This document shows, one piece after another, positions 12,690 to 24,690 of a stretch of 64,000 bases of DNA (the stretch's first letter is position 1; each line of letters starts with the position of its first letter). Origin of the DNA: Chlorokybus atmophyticus (lineage: Eukaryota; Plantae; Mesostigma and Chlorokybus algae); assembly GCA_009103225.1 (NCBI GenBank), contig RHPI01002533.1, positions 1,741,186 to 1,805,185 on the forward strand, read 5' to 3'. The position numbers and the translations under genes were made by a program. Under the pieces are notes generated by a model, which had not been told where the DNA came from, made no database searches, and saw only the letters and a list, made by a program, of their open reading frames with translations.

Positions 12690-12962
12690 ACGGCCGCTGT
12701 AAGCCGACACTGTGTCGGTGACCGCCGCCGCCAGGGGCAACCGCTGGAGCAGAAGATCTCCTGGCTATGGCGGTTGCTGCATTAGCAGTGCCGCCATACA
12801 GCACATGTCGACATGAGACTCATGTCTCATGTTGATATCAGTGTTACAGATAAATAACACTATATTAAGGCCTTAACATTAGTTCAACGGCCCTTATACG
12901 GCTTAATTAGTTGTATATACCCGTTTTGACCCTTATTTAATCTTAAATAAAGATGGGGAACC
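12690..12962 (-). repeat. LTR fragment related to the family A LTR, inverted orientation
   Basis: The reverse complement resembles 955-1190, including the ga(c)atgagactcatgtctca hairpin and ggcggc.ctgctaa.gcagc.accgccat.gccagg. Confidence 0.7.
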
Positions 12963-13156
12963 TCTATAGAAATAGCACTTCGTTTTAGCCGCTGACAGCA
13001 AGGCCATGGTTCTGGACACTTCCTTCAGGTTGCTTCGTTCAGGCACCATGTCGATGTCGAGCTAGCTGTCATATGGGGCTTGTCAACTTTAAAGTGCAAA
13101 AAATAGAGGATGAACAATGGTCCTTATGGGTGCTAATTGAGTGTGGACTCCCCCCC

Positions 13157-13277
13157 NNNNNNNNNNNNNNNNNNNNNNNNNNNNNNNNNNNNNNNNNNNN
13201 NNNNNNNNNNNNNNNNNNNNNNNNNNNNNNNNNNNNNNNNNNNNNNNNNNNNNNNNNNNNNNNNNNNNNNNNNNNNN
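13157..13277. other. Assembly gap (N), flanked by poly-C
   Basis: N run. Confidence 1.
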
Positions 13278-14059
13278 CCCCCGTCCCCCCGTAGCCTGCA
13301 CCTGATCACAGGAGCATTCACTCTGGTTCATTCAACCTTGGTGTTGTCTCACCCCTAAGGAGTGAGACAACAAATCAATAGGCTAAAAGCACTCTCAAAC
13401 AGCTAGAGTGCCAGCATGCAACCTGCTTAAATGAGGAATAACACACCACAACTACTTGCATGCAACGAGACTGCATGCATAGAACGATGAACAACTTAAG
13501 GATTATTTGCGCAACACAAGCAGCCAAGCAGTCATTGCAAGTACTGGTGATACTAATGAGCATGCACGTGAACAAGCAAGCAACTAGTATGAGCACAGCT
13601 CACATCAAGGTAGAGCATTGGTTTACTCCGCTTTCACTTGCTAGAACACTTGCTGAAACAGTTGCTGTCTCACTAACTGTTACACAAGTATGCATGCTTG
13701 AAAAGGGCCTAGCTGCAAGCTAAGGACAACGAACCCAGCGCTGAAGGTCGTTCCCGCCACAATTCTTCCCGCCGAAGCCCTTCGCCACTACTCACGCCTT
13801 TTACCGTACCGCTACGCCGCCAAGTCTCCCGCTCTTCCCAAACTTGCCGCCGCCAACTGCAGGTTGATCTTACGCCCGCTGTTGTTGGTCGCCACGTATG
13901 CATCGACCCATGCGTTCTTCGAGGCGTGCACTGACGTCGATGTTACAAACATTATAAAAACATGCATATATGCTTCAAGCAAATATGCATCATCAACTGG
14001 AGTCCAATTGATTATACGATTTGCGATATGATTTGCTGTCTTGAGACGAAGTCGCATGA

Positions 14060-14445
14060 CAAGGCCAACATGTGCGCGGCGGAGCGTGAGTCGCTTATGA
14101 GATATGCTTACATACTTGCCGACTACATGCGTGACATCAGCGTTGATGGCATCGGTCTTGACCTCACTCTTAATGCCACTCCCCCCATAGATACGCACAT
14201 CGAGGTGACAAGCACGAACAACACTCATCAGTTGTATGCACTTGGTAGTAGCACATCGAACATAACGTTAATGACTATGGTGTTGATGTTGCAATGGTAC
14301 TTTGTGCATATGTGCGTGAAAAGGCAGGGAAGAATTTCAACCAGGCAAAGGGGACTGTGCATTTGGAGGCGGGAACGGTGCACTTCTTTAGGCGCGATCA
14401 TCACCGGTGGAACTTCTCATTGCGCAGGGACTACTGAAGCACTGA
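14060..14445 (+). pseudogene. PSF1: GINS complex subunit PSF1/GINS1-like pseudogene fragment, copy 1
   Basis: NMCAAERE..RY...LADYMR..SVDGIGLDLTLNATPPIDTHIE, then a putative intron, then KGTVHLEAGTVHFFRRD..VELLIAQGLLKH*. This matches the Psf1 C-terminal signature (LDLT.D..PPKD.YIEV ... HFL.R.D.E.LI.QG.LEH). Frameshifted. Confidence 0.65.
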
Positions 14446-14815
14446 TCGTGATTGAGACGATGCATGGCCAAATCGATCATTACATCTATAAACAAACACG
14501 GCTACTTTGACCACTACAAGTCTTGGCTGGCAACTCATAAGACATCACACTGGGTTGAGTTTGGGTAGAGAGAAGGCGTGGTCACTCCAAGTATTACTTT
14601 GAAGCTGTCGTGTTGAACGTCTTTCAATAATAAATGGTTATATGAGGTGCTTGTAGTCTAGTGGCACAAACTGTTTTATTTTATGTTTTATTTTATTCAA
14701 GCAGGGTTAACTGCTGTCTGCGCATAGTGCTGTTCATGCTGCGGCATTATGTGCACAGCAACATGCACTCACACGAACGGACAATGCATTGCAGGCAAGT
14801 GTCTAGGATACCGTA

Positions 14816-15750
14816 NNNNNNNNNNNNNNNNNNNNNNNNNNNNNNNNNNNNNNNNNNNNNNNNNNNNNNNNNNNNNNNNNNNNNNNNNNNNNNNNNNNNN
14901 NNNNNNNNNNNNNNNNNNNNNNNNNNNNNNNNNNNNNNNNNNNNNNNNNNNNNNNNNNNNNNNNNNNNNNNNNNNNNNNNNNNNNNNNNNNNNNNNNNNN
15001 NNNNNNNNNNNNNNNNNNNNNNNNNNNNNNNNNNNNNNNNNNNNNNNNNNNNNNNNNNNNNNNNNNNNNNNNNNNNNNNNNNNNNNNNNNNNNNNNNNNN
15101 NNNNNNNNNNNNNNNNNNNNNNNNNNNNNNNNNNNNNNNNNNNNNNNNNNNNNNNNNNNNNNNNNNNNNNNNNNNNNNNNNNNNNNNNNNNNNNNNNNNN
15201 NNNNNNNNNNNNNNNNNNNNNNNNNNNNNNNNNNNNNNNNNNNNNNNNNNNNNNNNNNNNNNNNNNNNNNNNNNNNNNNNNNNNNNNNNNNNNNNNNNNN
15301 NNNNNNNNNNNNNNNNNNNNNNNNNNNNNNNNNNNNNNNNNNNNNNNNNNNNNNNNNNNNNNNNNNNNNNNNNNNNNNNNNNNNNNNNNNNNNNNNNNNN
15401 NNNNNNNNNNNNNNNNNNNNNNNNNNNNNNNNNNNNNNNNNNNNNNNNNNNNNNNNNNNNNNNNNNNNNNNNNNNNNNNNNNNNNNNNNNNNNNNNNNNN
15501 NNNNNNNNNNNNNNNNNNNNNNNNNNNNNNNNNNNNNNNNNNNNNNNNNNNNNNNNNNNNNNNNNNNNNNNNNNNNNNNNNNNNNNNNNNNNNNNNNNNN
15601 NNNNNNNNNNNNNNNNNNNNNNNNNNNNNNNNNNNNNNNNNNNNNNNNNNNNNNNNNNNNNNNNNNNNNNNNNNNNNNNNNNNNNNNNNNNNNNNNNNNN
15701 NNNNNNNNNNNNNNNNNNNNNNNNNNNNNNNNNNNNNNNNNNNNNNNNNN
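14816..15750. other. Assembly gap (N)
   Basis: N run. Confidence 1.
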
Positions 15751-16112
15751 GGGGGGGATCCTCTATCATAGTAAATACGGTACGAGCCACTTCAAGTGGT
15801 CCACTAGCAGCAATTCATTCAGCTGCAGGACAGCTTGTGCTCATCATCTGCAAATAAGGCAGACAACTGTTTGCAACAAGACGAGCAACTAGTGTGATCA
15901 CGTGTGTTTATGTGCTATGGAGGGTCTTCAAAAGCGACTGTACAGGACAGCTAAGGTTTTACCAATCAAGTTGTACCTAACTGAAGTTTACACCTCATTT
16001 ATGGAGATGGGGTTGCTGCACGGTGCACCAATTGACAACTAGTAGCGACTGATACAAGTTTGTATGCTAAGGAATGCAGCAGCCAAATGCTGGCTCAGCT
16101 GTACTAACAAAT

Positions 16113-18330
16113 TTAATAATCATTGTCTGAAGACCTCACAAATTTGTTCCATCGCGCAAACATGGAATTGGGCTTGTCTGTTGTTGCGCAAGAACTCCGT
16201 TCGCCCTTACGAGCGCGCCAGCTGACAACAAGCGGAAGCGTTGCGACGAGTATGCCAACAATCCAACGTCCGTAAAAGGCAACCCAGAACGGCGCAAGCA
16301 CAAGATACTCCGTGCCTGCAACTTCAGGTGGTATTGCCGCCATTCCCGCTGCGGTGAACGCCGCAGCCGCGCACATCAAGGATAACTCAACGAAGAAGGC
16401 CACAGCCATGACCAACGCTTGTCGGCGAGCAAAAGCCACACTCCACGGGCTCATTTCGCGCTTGAGCACCACCGCGAACCATGCAATTGTGGTCAGCACC
16501 GGCGATGGAACTATCGACATGCGGGTTGCGCCTGTGGATATCGCGGCCCAGGCAAAGAAGAACGACAGCGCATTGCAGACTGTCCATACGCGCACGCTTG
16601 TGAGGCGTACAGAGAGGTAAAGAATGTTGGGGTCCGAGGATGAGTTGACTGGTGGGGCTTCTACCCACCCGAGGGGAGGCTGATTGAACCCCTGGTATGT
16701 GATGCTGAAGACGAGCGCAGCCACGACAAGCAGCGCGTTGATGGTGTTGTTGAACCGGTCCTTGTCTGCGAAGGGTATCCGCCGCCACCACCTGCGCGCG
16801 TCGCCGGTGAGGCAATGGTCAAGCGTCTTTCCGCAGTACGTGATGAGCGTCTCATCGCTGCCGTGTCCGAGAAGGAAGCGCACGCAGGCCTCGCTGCCGG
16901 ACTGCGCCGCGCGATGAAGAGGCGTGAACCCGCCGCAATCTACCACATCAAGGTTCTTGTACCGTCCCAGTTGGAAGAGCCCTTCGAGCAGGCTTTCATC
17001 CCCACGTGCAGCAGCGAGGTGTAAACAGGTTGCGCCCTCGTTGTTGCGTGCGTTTTGCGTGACGCCCGCCACGTGAAGCGCATGCAACATGTCAAGCTCG
17101 GCGTTGCCCACAACACATTGTGCTATGTGTCCGTGCTTCAGAAACAGATGTAATGGCGTGTTCCCATGCGATGTCGTGCGCGTTATGCCATCCGCATCAG
17201 TGCACACAAGAGCATGGATGATGCGCGTGTCAACGTCGTTGCCTACAACAGCATGGTGCAGAGGCGTGTAGCGCGTGTCGTGCGGCCTCGCGCCAAACTC
17301 GTCCTTGCGCGACACATCCTCCATGCTGATGTCGGGTGGCGAGCTGAACTGCATGCAGACATTGCGCAGCTTCGCATCTGCGCCGTGACGCAACAGACAA
17401 GAGACAGCTGGCACATTGCGCTCTATCACTGCCACATGCAGAGCGGTCTGCTGCTCGTACATGCCAAAACACACAGCGGCGTTGATGTCGGGCGTCATTG
17501 ATGAGCCGGCAGGCGCAGCTGCCATGCTCGGATCATGGTTGTTGACAAGCTTTGATGCTCCAATCGGCTCACCGCTGATGTCCCAGCCAACATCACGTAG
17601 CAAACAGCGACGCACATCGTGCCAGTCCCCACTCAAGGCTGCCTCAAGTGCTTTGTTGATGAGCTCATCATCAGCACCTGCCAGAAAAGGAACATGTTCG
17701 AGCATGTTGATATGTGTTGATTGACAACTGCGCACCTGTTGCTGTGCAGTGCTTGACAATGTGGTGCACAACGCCTGCCTTGTTGACTTCAGCAAGCCCA
17801 TCTTCAATGGCTATGCACATGTCGCCCCATCTACCCTCCGCCGCAGCACTCCGCAATCGCTCAGTGGCTGAGCACAATGCCATGTGTCACGTGTAACACT
17901 CACATATTCACAGGATTACCGTCACAAACAGCATAGCAAATGAGTTCATCAGGAAGCTTTGCATTCTTGACTGCAGTGTTTCAGCAGTTATGCACAGCTG
18001 CGAATGAATTCAGTTGTGCACGAACCAAGCGCATGTACCTGCGCGTTGGGCTGCGGCATCGTCCAATGTGTTTGCAAGCGCTCTGCATGAAAGACGTATA
18101 ACGAAACTCAGTGCTGATCTGAGTGCAATTAATCAGACAGCAACTATGTTGCGCTGGCAGTCTGACGTTTCAAACTCACTGTTGCTGCAAGAAGTGTGCG
18201 ATCTGCTGCAAGATGTCCTGCAGCTGTTGCTTGGTCCCATCTGGGAGGTGGACACCAAATCCATCACGATCCACGGTGAAGGTCAATGGTATACTAGCAT
18301 ACCCATGCTACTATCCTGCTGCTAGTATCA
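16113..18330 (-). CDS. Ankyrin-repeat + PGG-like transmembrane protein (ACD6/ITN1-type architecture), multi-exon; 5' end unresolved
   Basis: Main exon 16113-17677 is open: ANK motifs QTALHVAV, YTPLHHAV, GNTPLHLF, GATCLHLAA, GFTPLHRAA, then ALLVVAALVFSITYQGFNQPPLGW (PGG-like) and 4-5 hydrophobic helices. Intron 17678-17735 (GT..AG) and small upstream exons (~17736-17867, ~18040-18083, ~18179-18300) join in frame. Confidence 0.85.
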
Positions 18331-20229
18331 TGCTTGCTTGACCAGCGTCACCATAGACGCATCAAGCAGCACGCATGCCAAATGTGTGTATTGCCTGCCA
18401 TAGTAGCCGCTGAACTCATAGCGTCGAACGCATCTCAGCAAATGCAGGCATGCGCGGAGCACCTGCCCACTGACAGGAAACGCAGATTAGGGTTGGTGTA
18501 CCAAGTTGCGTTACAGAATTGGGAGGCTTGTGTTGAACAACAAAACAGCAACTCCCAATTCCATTCAAGCCATGCAGCAACAAGCAGTTTGTCCCCTTAT
18601 CTAAGATACAATATTCGTCACTGCATGCTTAGTACAGCGTGAGCAGCACATGCAACAACATGTGTAAGTGGTCGCAGTCATGGCAGTGTTGGCAACAGCG
18701 TGCAAGCCAGTAGTTCTCGACCTGCCGGAGGATCGAGCACCACTGAAACGTAGGCGCTAGTATCATTTGCTACGTTACATGCAGTCTAGCTCAGCCTCAG
18801 CGACCACAAGAGTACGGTGCTCAGCCAAGTGCATGGCAACTTGCCCAATGCAGGACCGTCTGTTTTGACACAGCCACGGCCAGTCGACACACGCCAAGCA
18901 CTGATTACGCTGAATTAAGCTTGGCAAACGAGGCTGCGGCAAGATTCCGCTTGAGCATTGAGTCAACGAGTGAACAATGAGCACGGCATGGGGACTACTG
19001 CTCACTTCACTGTTACGGCGGCCAAGGACCTACCTTGGATTTGATGCCAGCCCAGCAGATCTGCCTCTCCCTATCTCGGTGTCTGCTGCAGGTACACTTC
19101 GCTGCTGGTGCTGCTGCTCCGCCGCCGACGCCGCCGACGCCGCCGTCCCCCACCTTCCCGACCACAGCTGCACTGTACCAGCGACATGCTCAGCACCAGA
19201 TGTCTTACAGATGTACCATGTGTACGTTTCAAACCATACAATGCAAGCGCTGTGCCGGTCACTTGCCAAACAGACCGTCAGAGCGCTTGTTTAGGCCTAC
19301 CAAACATGTAAACGACCGGCACAGGCTGTGCCACACTGCGTTGCAGACTGCAACTTGCAGTGGTGTCTGCAGGCCGCAGATTTCATTTCATCTGTACGGT
19401 GATACAATTGTGTCGTGTTGTCAATGTCACACAATATGTCACGGCCTTAAACAAATGACTGAAACACACCACTACCGTGATACATGATGGTGTCAATAAT
19501 GCCTTTTGCTTGAGTGATGTGATTGATGCTTGATACATAGGCAAGTACAATGCGGTCTTACATCTCTTTTCAAAAATAGCTTATGTACATCATGCGACTC
19601 ACAATTATCATGCTACTGAAGGGCATCGAGAGAATCGTTAAGACGGTATTTAGTTGAAAATGTTAAAGATTAGCTGCTTTAACTGATAATAATCACAGAA
19701 TCCGTCATTACAGTCAAATAAACCATATTCAAAGACGTGATATATGAGTTTTAAACTAACAGCTGCTGCCTATCGACATCATTTTTATGGTCGTTGCATA
19801 AATTTCACATGTAATGGAAGGCTTGTGCCAGTGCATGAAGATCACCATATTGCTTTAATGCTATATAACATGAGGGTGTTTATAAACAATAGAAGTAGCG
19901 CTTTGCTAATGCCAATTAACTAGCGCTAAAATTAACCACTTGCCGTCAGTGACAATATTGGCGTTACGGTACCTCATTCATGGCTTTACAAACAGCTTGC
20001 ATTGAAGTGGCTTGACGCACAAGTTAAAGTTGAATATCATAAACATCATCATGATCGCGTCACGGTGACCACTGCATTTGAGTGTGGGTATGTAATAAAA
20101 ATGAGCACATAGTAGCAACAGTAAAGAGCTGTAATGCAGCATTGAAGACTGGCAATTACATCAAGGTTTATTTGATTATCGTAATTATAATGTGCGAAAT
20201 TAAATACTAGGTGTCTGGGTTTTCAAAGC

Positions 20230-21060
20230 CAAGCACAATATGAGCTAAGCGCACATGGATTCAATATTGAATACATCGTATTGTTGCTCATCCACCCTTC
20301 GACGTTACTTGACTTCCCACTCTAGCCGCTTCATGTCCGGAACGGTGACGGAGCGTACGCGAGCTTATCGATACCATTTCCGTAGTGCAAAATCATGCAA
20401 AATACTTTGTGCTTTGCGTGTACAAAATAATAAGCGTTTTTTACCATACCATTCTTCGCCGTTCCCACTATCGATGACAACATTGGAAAAGACCTCATGG
20501 CCATGGAAGTTCCTAGAACATCGGCCTCTTTGCACGGTGACATCCCCATAGCCGTTGACCACCTCCAATGTAAACGCACTTTGCTAAACTGATGCGATTT
20601 ACCTGCGAATTACAATAAACTGCAATTCATGCACAACAATTGTAGCTGCTGAAGTATAAAAGACTGCAAGTGTGCATTATTGACTGTGTGCAAAGGCTGG
20701 CCATACAAGAGATGAAGGAGATATACAAACGCCAGCACGTACCTTTGGCCATGTTGATTGGTGTCATATGTCACCCCCGTCCCCACCTGCGTCTTCATCC
20801 ATCATGTATATGAAGCGTTGAGAAAGAAGATCACCCAACATGCCAGGCATGATAAACGCATAATTATGTAAGACATGCACGTTTTGGAAATCACTTGTTA
20901 TGAGAACCATTAGCAATTTGGCATTCATGGTTGCTTAGTCTTCCCTTGAGGTATTACCCCATTCGATGGTGCCAGTGGTGCTAGTGGGACTTCCATCAAT
21001 AAGGTGCAATCTTAATGCTGGTGCATATGTTTATCAAGCCGACCAGTGAGTATGTAAGTG
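20230..21060 (-). mobile_element. Degenerate Plavaka/CMC-like transposase remnant
   Basis: Fragments in order: DKHMHQH..GSPTSTTGTIEW; QRGRCSRNFHGHEVFSNVVIDSGNGEEWYGKKRLLF..FALRKWY; QYDVFNIESM. They resemble the K.H...H..G..st..E core and the C-terminal R....f.G...fd.V ... YG.l.llF ... Al.qWy ... Y.vi.v.sI motifs. Confidence 0.5.
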
Positions 21061-21214
21061 TGGAATCGTAATATGTCTGTTGTAGTATAAGCAGTTGATT
21101 AATGAATTGGCATTACGTACGGGCTTAACATTGACTACCATTGCAAGTTGTTTAACACATAGATAGACATGTCGTGGCAGCTGGTTCGGCGCGGTCGGAG
21201 CATGTGTAGGCCAA

Positions 21215-21594
21215 CACGTCGAGGCAGCACACGATTTGTATAAGAGCTAGCAGAGCATACTTGCCGAGTACATGCTTGATAGCAGCGCTGATGGCATTAG
21301 CGTCGATCTTACCCTTGCAATTGATGCCACTCCCCCAAGACCCCCACATCGAAGTGGTAGACACCAACAACATCCATGGATTGTGTGCATACCCCAAGCA
21401 TTGAACATCACTTTACCGCTTGTTGTGTTGATGTTGCAATGGCGTGTTCATAGATGCACATGCTGGAGGAGGGGAGATCTCCTCTAGAATTGCAGCCTAG
21501 AAAGGGGACTGTGCACTTGGAGGCGAGAACGGTGCACTTTATAAGGCGTGACAAGATGGAGCCTCTCATTGCATAGGGATTGCTGGAGCACTGA
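21215..21594 (+). pseudogene. PSF1: PSF1/GINS1-like pseudogene fragment, copy 2
   Basis: ILAEYMLDSSADGISVDLTLAIDATPP(fs)DPHIEV ... KGTVHLEARTVHFIRRDKMEPLIA*GLLEH*; terminal TGA at the same position as copy 1. Confidence 0.65.
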
Positions 21595-22405
21595 TCTTGC
21601 CAGCGCAATGCATGTCCGCCAACATCACAAACATGTCGCTTATAAAGTCTGCTGAAGCATTAAGCGTTAAGATGCTGCCTACAAGCATGCGAACAAACAG
21701 GACGACTTCATCGAGAAGCAGTCTTGGCTGGCAACTCACACGACATCACACGTACTGGATTTCTTTTGGCGCAAGGGAGCGGCGCCCATGCAAAGTGCCG
21801 TTAGCTGCTAGCATTCCAAACCTGTTACAATAGTAAGGGTGCTAGCAGTCTGGTGGGCACAAACTGCAATGCAGTGATTGTATTATGTAAGGGTATTTGC
21901 TGGAGCAATAGGTAAGTGCTAATATGTCTGAAAAGTTCAATCAGCATTATCCGCTGTCTGCACAGAGAGCTACTTAGGCTGCGGCTTGATATGCACAGCT
22001 ACACGCCACTGTACTTGAGGACAAGTCAATACAGGCAGTTCTCTAGGTATGTGCACTTGAACTTCTTGAAGTGCCCCGGTGGCAGCAGTCTACATAGCTG
22101 CAGGACTCCTCCTCATGATCTGTAACAAAGGCAGGCGACTGTCCGCAACAAGCTTAAGGCGGGCGACCAACGCGGTCGTGTGCTTATGTGCGATAAGGGT
22201 CTTCTCAAGCGACTGTTCAGTGCAGTAGCCAAGGGTATCAAGGTTGACCTAACTGAGATCTACCAACAATTCATCCATGGAAATGGGGTTGCTATGTAAA
22301 ATGCTCAGCCCCACCATAGCATGGTACACAGTCAGACAACTGATAGTGTTTGATACGAGTGTGTATGCTAAGGAATGCAGCAGCCATATACTGGCTCAGC
22401 TGCAC

Positions 22406-24690
22406 TCACAAGGCTAGCAATTGTTCTCTCTCTGAAGACCTCACAACGCTGTTCCATCGCGCAAACAAGGACTTGGGCTCATCTGTTGCCGAGCACAAAC
22501 TTCGCTTCCCCTTGCGAGCACGCCAGCTGGTGACAAGCGGCAGTGTTGCGACGAGTATACCGACACTCCACCGCCCAGGAAGAGCAACCCCAAACGGCAC
22601 ATACACGAGCAAGTGCATGGCCCCAACTTCAGGTACTGCGGCAATTCCCGCTGCAATGAACGCCACAGCAGCGCAAACCAGTTACAACTCCACGAAGAAG
22701 GCCACAGCCATCACCAAGGCTTGCCGGCGAGCAAAAGCCACACTCCATGGGCTTGTGTAGCACTTGAGCCACACCGCGAACCACGCGGTGTGGCTCAAGT
22801 GCTACACACGATTGTGGTCAAAATAGGCGATGGAACCATCGACAATCGCGAGTCGCACCTGTTATATTGCCGCCCATGCGGAGAAGAATGACAGAGCATT
22901 GCGACTGTCCATATGCACACGCTCGTGAAGCGAACAGCCATACAGAATGTTGGAATCTGAGGAGTTGCCAGGTGCGCTTTACTACCCACTCGAGGGGAGG
23001 CTGATTGAACCCCTGGTATATGACGCTGAAGACAAGCGCAGCCACGACAAGCAGTGCGTTGATGGTGTTGTTGAACGCGGTCCTTGTCTGCAAAGGGAAT
23101 CCGCCGCCACCACCTGCGTGCGTGGCCGGTGAGGCAATGGTCGAGCGTCTTCTCGACGTGCGTGATAAGGGTATCGTCGCTGCCGTGTCCCAACAGGAAG
23201 CGCACGCAGGCCTTGCTGCCGGACTGCGCCGCGCGATGAAGAGGCGTGAACCCGCCGCAATCTACCACATCAAGGTTCTTGTACCGTCCCAGTTGGAAGA
23301 GCCCTTCGAGCAGGCTTTCATCCCCGCGAGCAGCAGCGAGGTGTAAACAGGTTGCTTCCTCATTATTGCGTGCGTGTGGCGTTGCGCCCTCCACATGAAG
23401 CTCATGCAAGATATCAAGCTCCTCGCTGGCCACGCGCTGGTCAAATTGTCTGATGTGTCCGTGCATGAGGAACAGCTGCAACGGCGTGTTCCCATGTGAC
23501 GTCGTGCGCTATGCCTTCTGCATCAGAGCGCACGAGAGCATGGATGATGCGCGTGTCAACGTTGTTGCCTACTACAGCGTGGTGTAGAGGGGTGTAGCGC
23601 GTGTCATGCAGCCACGCCTTAAACTCGTCCCTGCGCGACACCTCTTCTGGCCTCATGTTGGGCGGCATGCTGAACTGCATTTGAATATATTACGCAGCTT
23701 TGGGTCGGCGCCGTGACGCAGCAGACAAGAGACAGCTGGCACACAGCGCTCTATCACTGCCACATGCAGAGCGGTCTGCTGCTCGTACATGCCAAAGCAC
23801 ACAGCAGTGTTGATGTTGGGTATGACCGGTGAGCCGGCAGTGCAGCTGTCATGCTCGGAATGATGTTGTGGTCGACAAGTTTAGATGCTCCAAAGGGAAC
23901 ACCGTTGACATCCCAACCGACATCCCGCAGCAAACAGCGACGCACGCTGTGCCAGTCTCCGCTTAAGGCTGCCTCTAGCACCTTGTTGATGAGCTCATCG
24001 CCAACACCTGCAAGAGCAAGACAATCAATGATGTTGTGTGAAGAGGGTATGTTGCAACGGTCAAACACTGCGCACCTGTTTCTGCGCAGTGCTTGACAAT
24101 GTGGTGCCAAACGCCTGCCTGGTTGACGTTGGCATGCTCATCTTCAATGGCTGTGCACATATCGCCCCATCTACCCTCCGTCGCGGCACTCCACAGTCGC
24201 TCGGTGGCTGAGCACAGTGTCACATCATGATGCATTGGCACATGCTATCGTCTCTCAGCCAGAGGTTGAACAATGTCGTCACATCAAAGCATCACTGGCA
24301 CGAACTACGACATTAGCATAATGAGACGAGTACACTAGTTTTCTGTGCATACCCGAGTGTACAAGTGTGCAAGTATGGTATACAGTTGCATAGGTGTACA
24401 CCAAAGGCATGTACCTGCGTGTTGAGCCGTGTTGTCTGCTGCTTCTGCAAATGTTCTGCTTGGACAAGAGTGTTGATGAGCTGAGCTGAATGCAGCAGAA
24501 GACGAAGTAGCTGCGCTTGCATGCTGCACATGTTTACAAACACTGTAGCTCACCCATGCTGCACGTGGTCTGCAATCCGTTGCAAGTTGTCCAGCAGCTG
24601 TTGCTTCGTCTCACCTAGTGTAAGCACAATATCAGCGACTATCAACGGTCAAAAATACTGGACCAACTACAGCCATGCTAGTCTTGTTGA
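22406..24690 (-). pseudogene. Ankyrin-PGG paralogue, frameshifted pseudogene
   Basis: Colinear with 16113-18330 with the same exon/intron junctions (acceptor at 24008-24010). Coding sequence is split across frames (ORFs 23441-23680, 22982-23481, 22818-23093, 22406-22666). Confidence 0.85.

Noticed and set aside
14661-15857. Long ORFs of 340-398 aa (and ORFs at 13073-13358)
   Set aside because: Artefacts of translating through N gaps.
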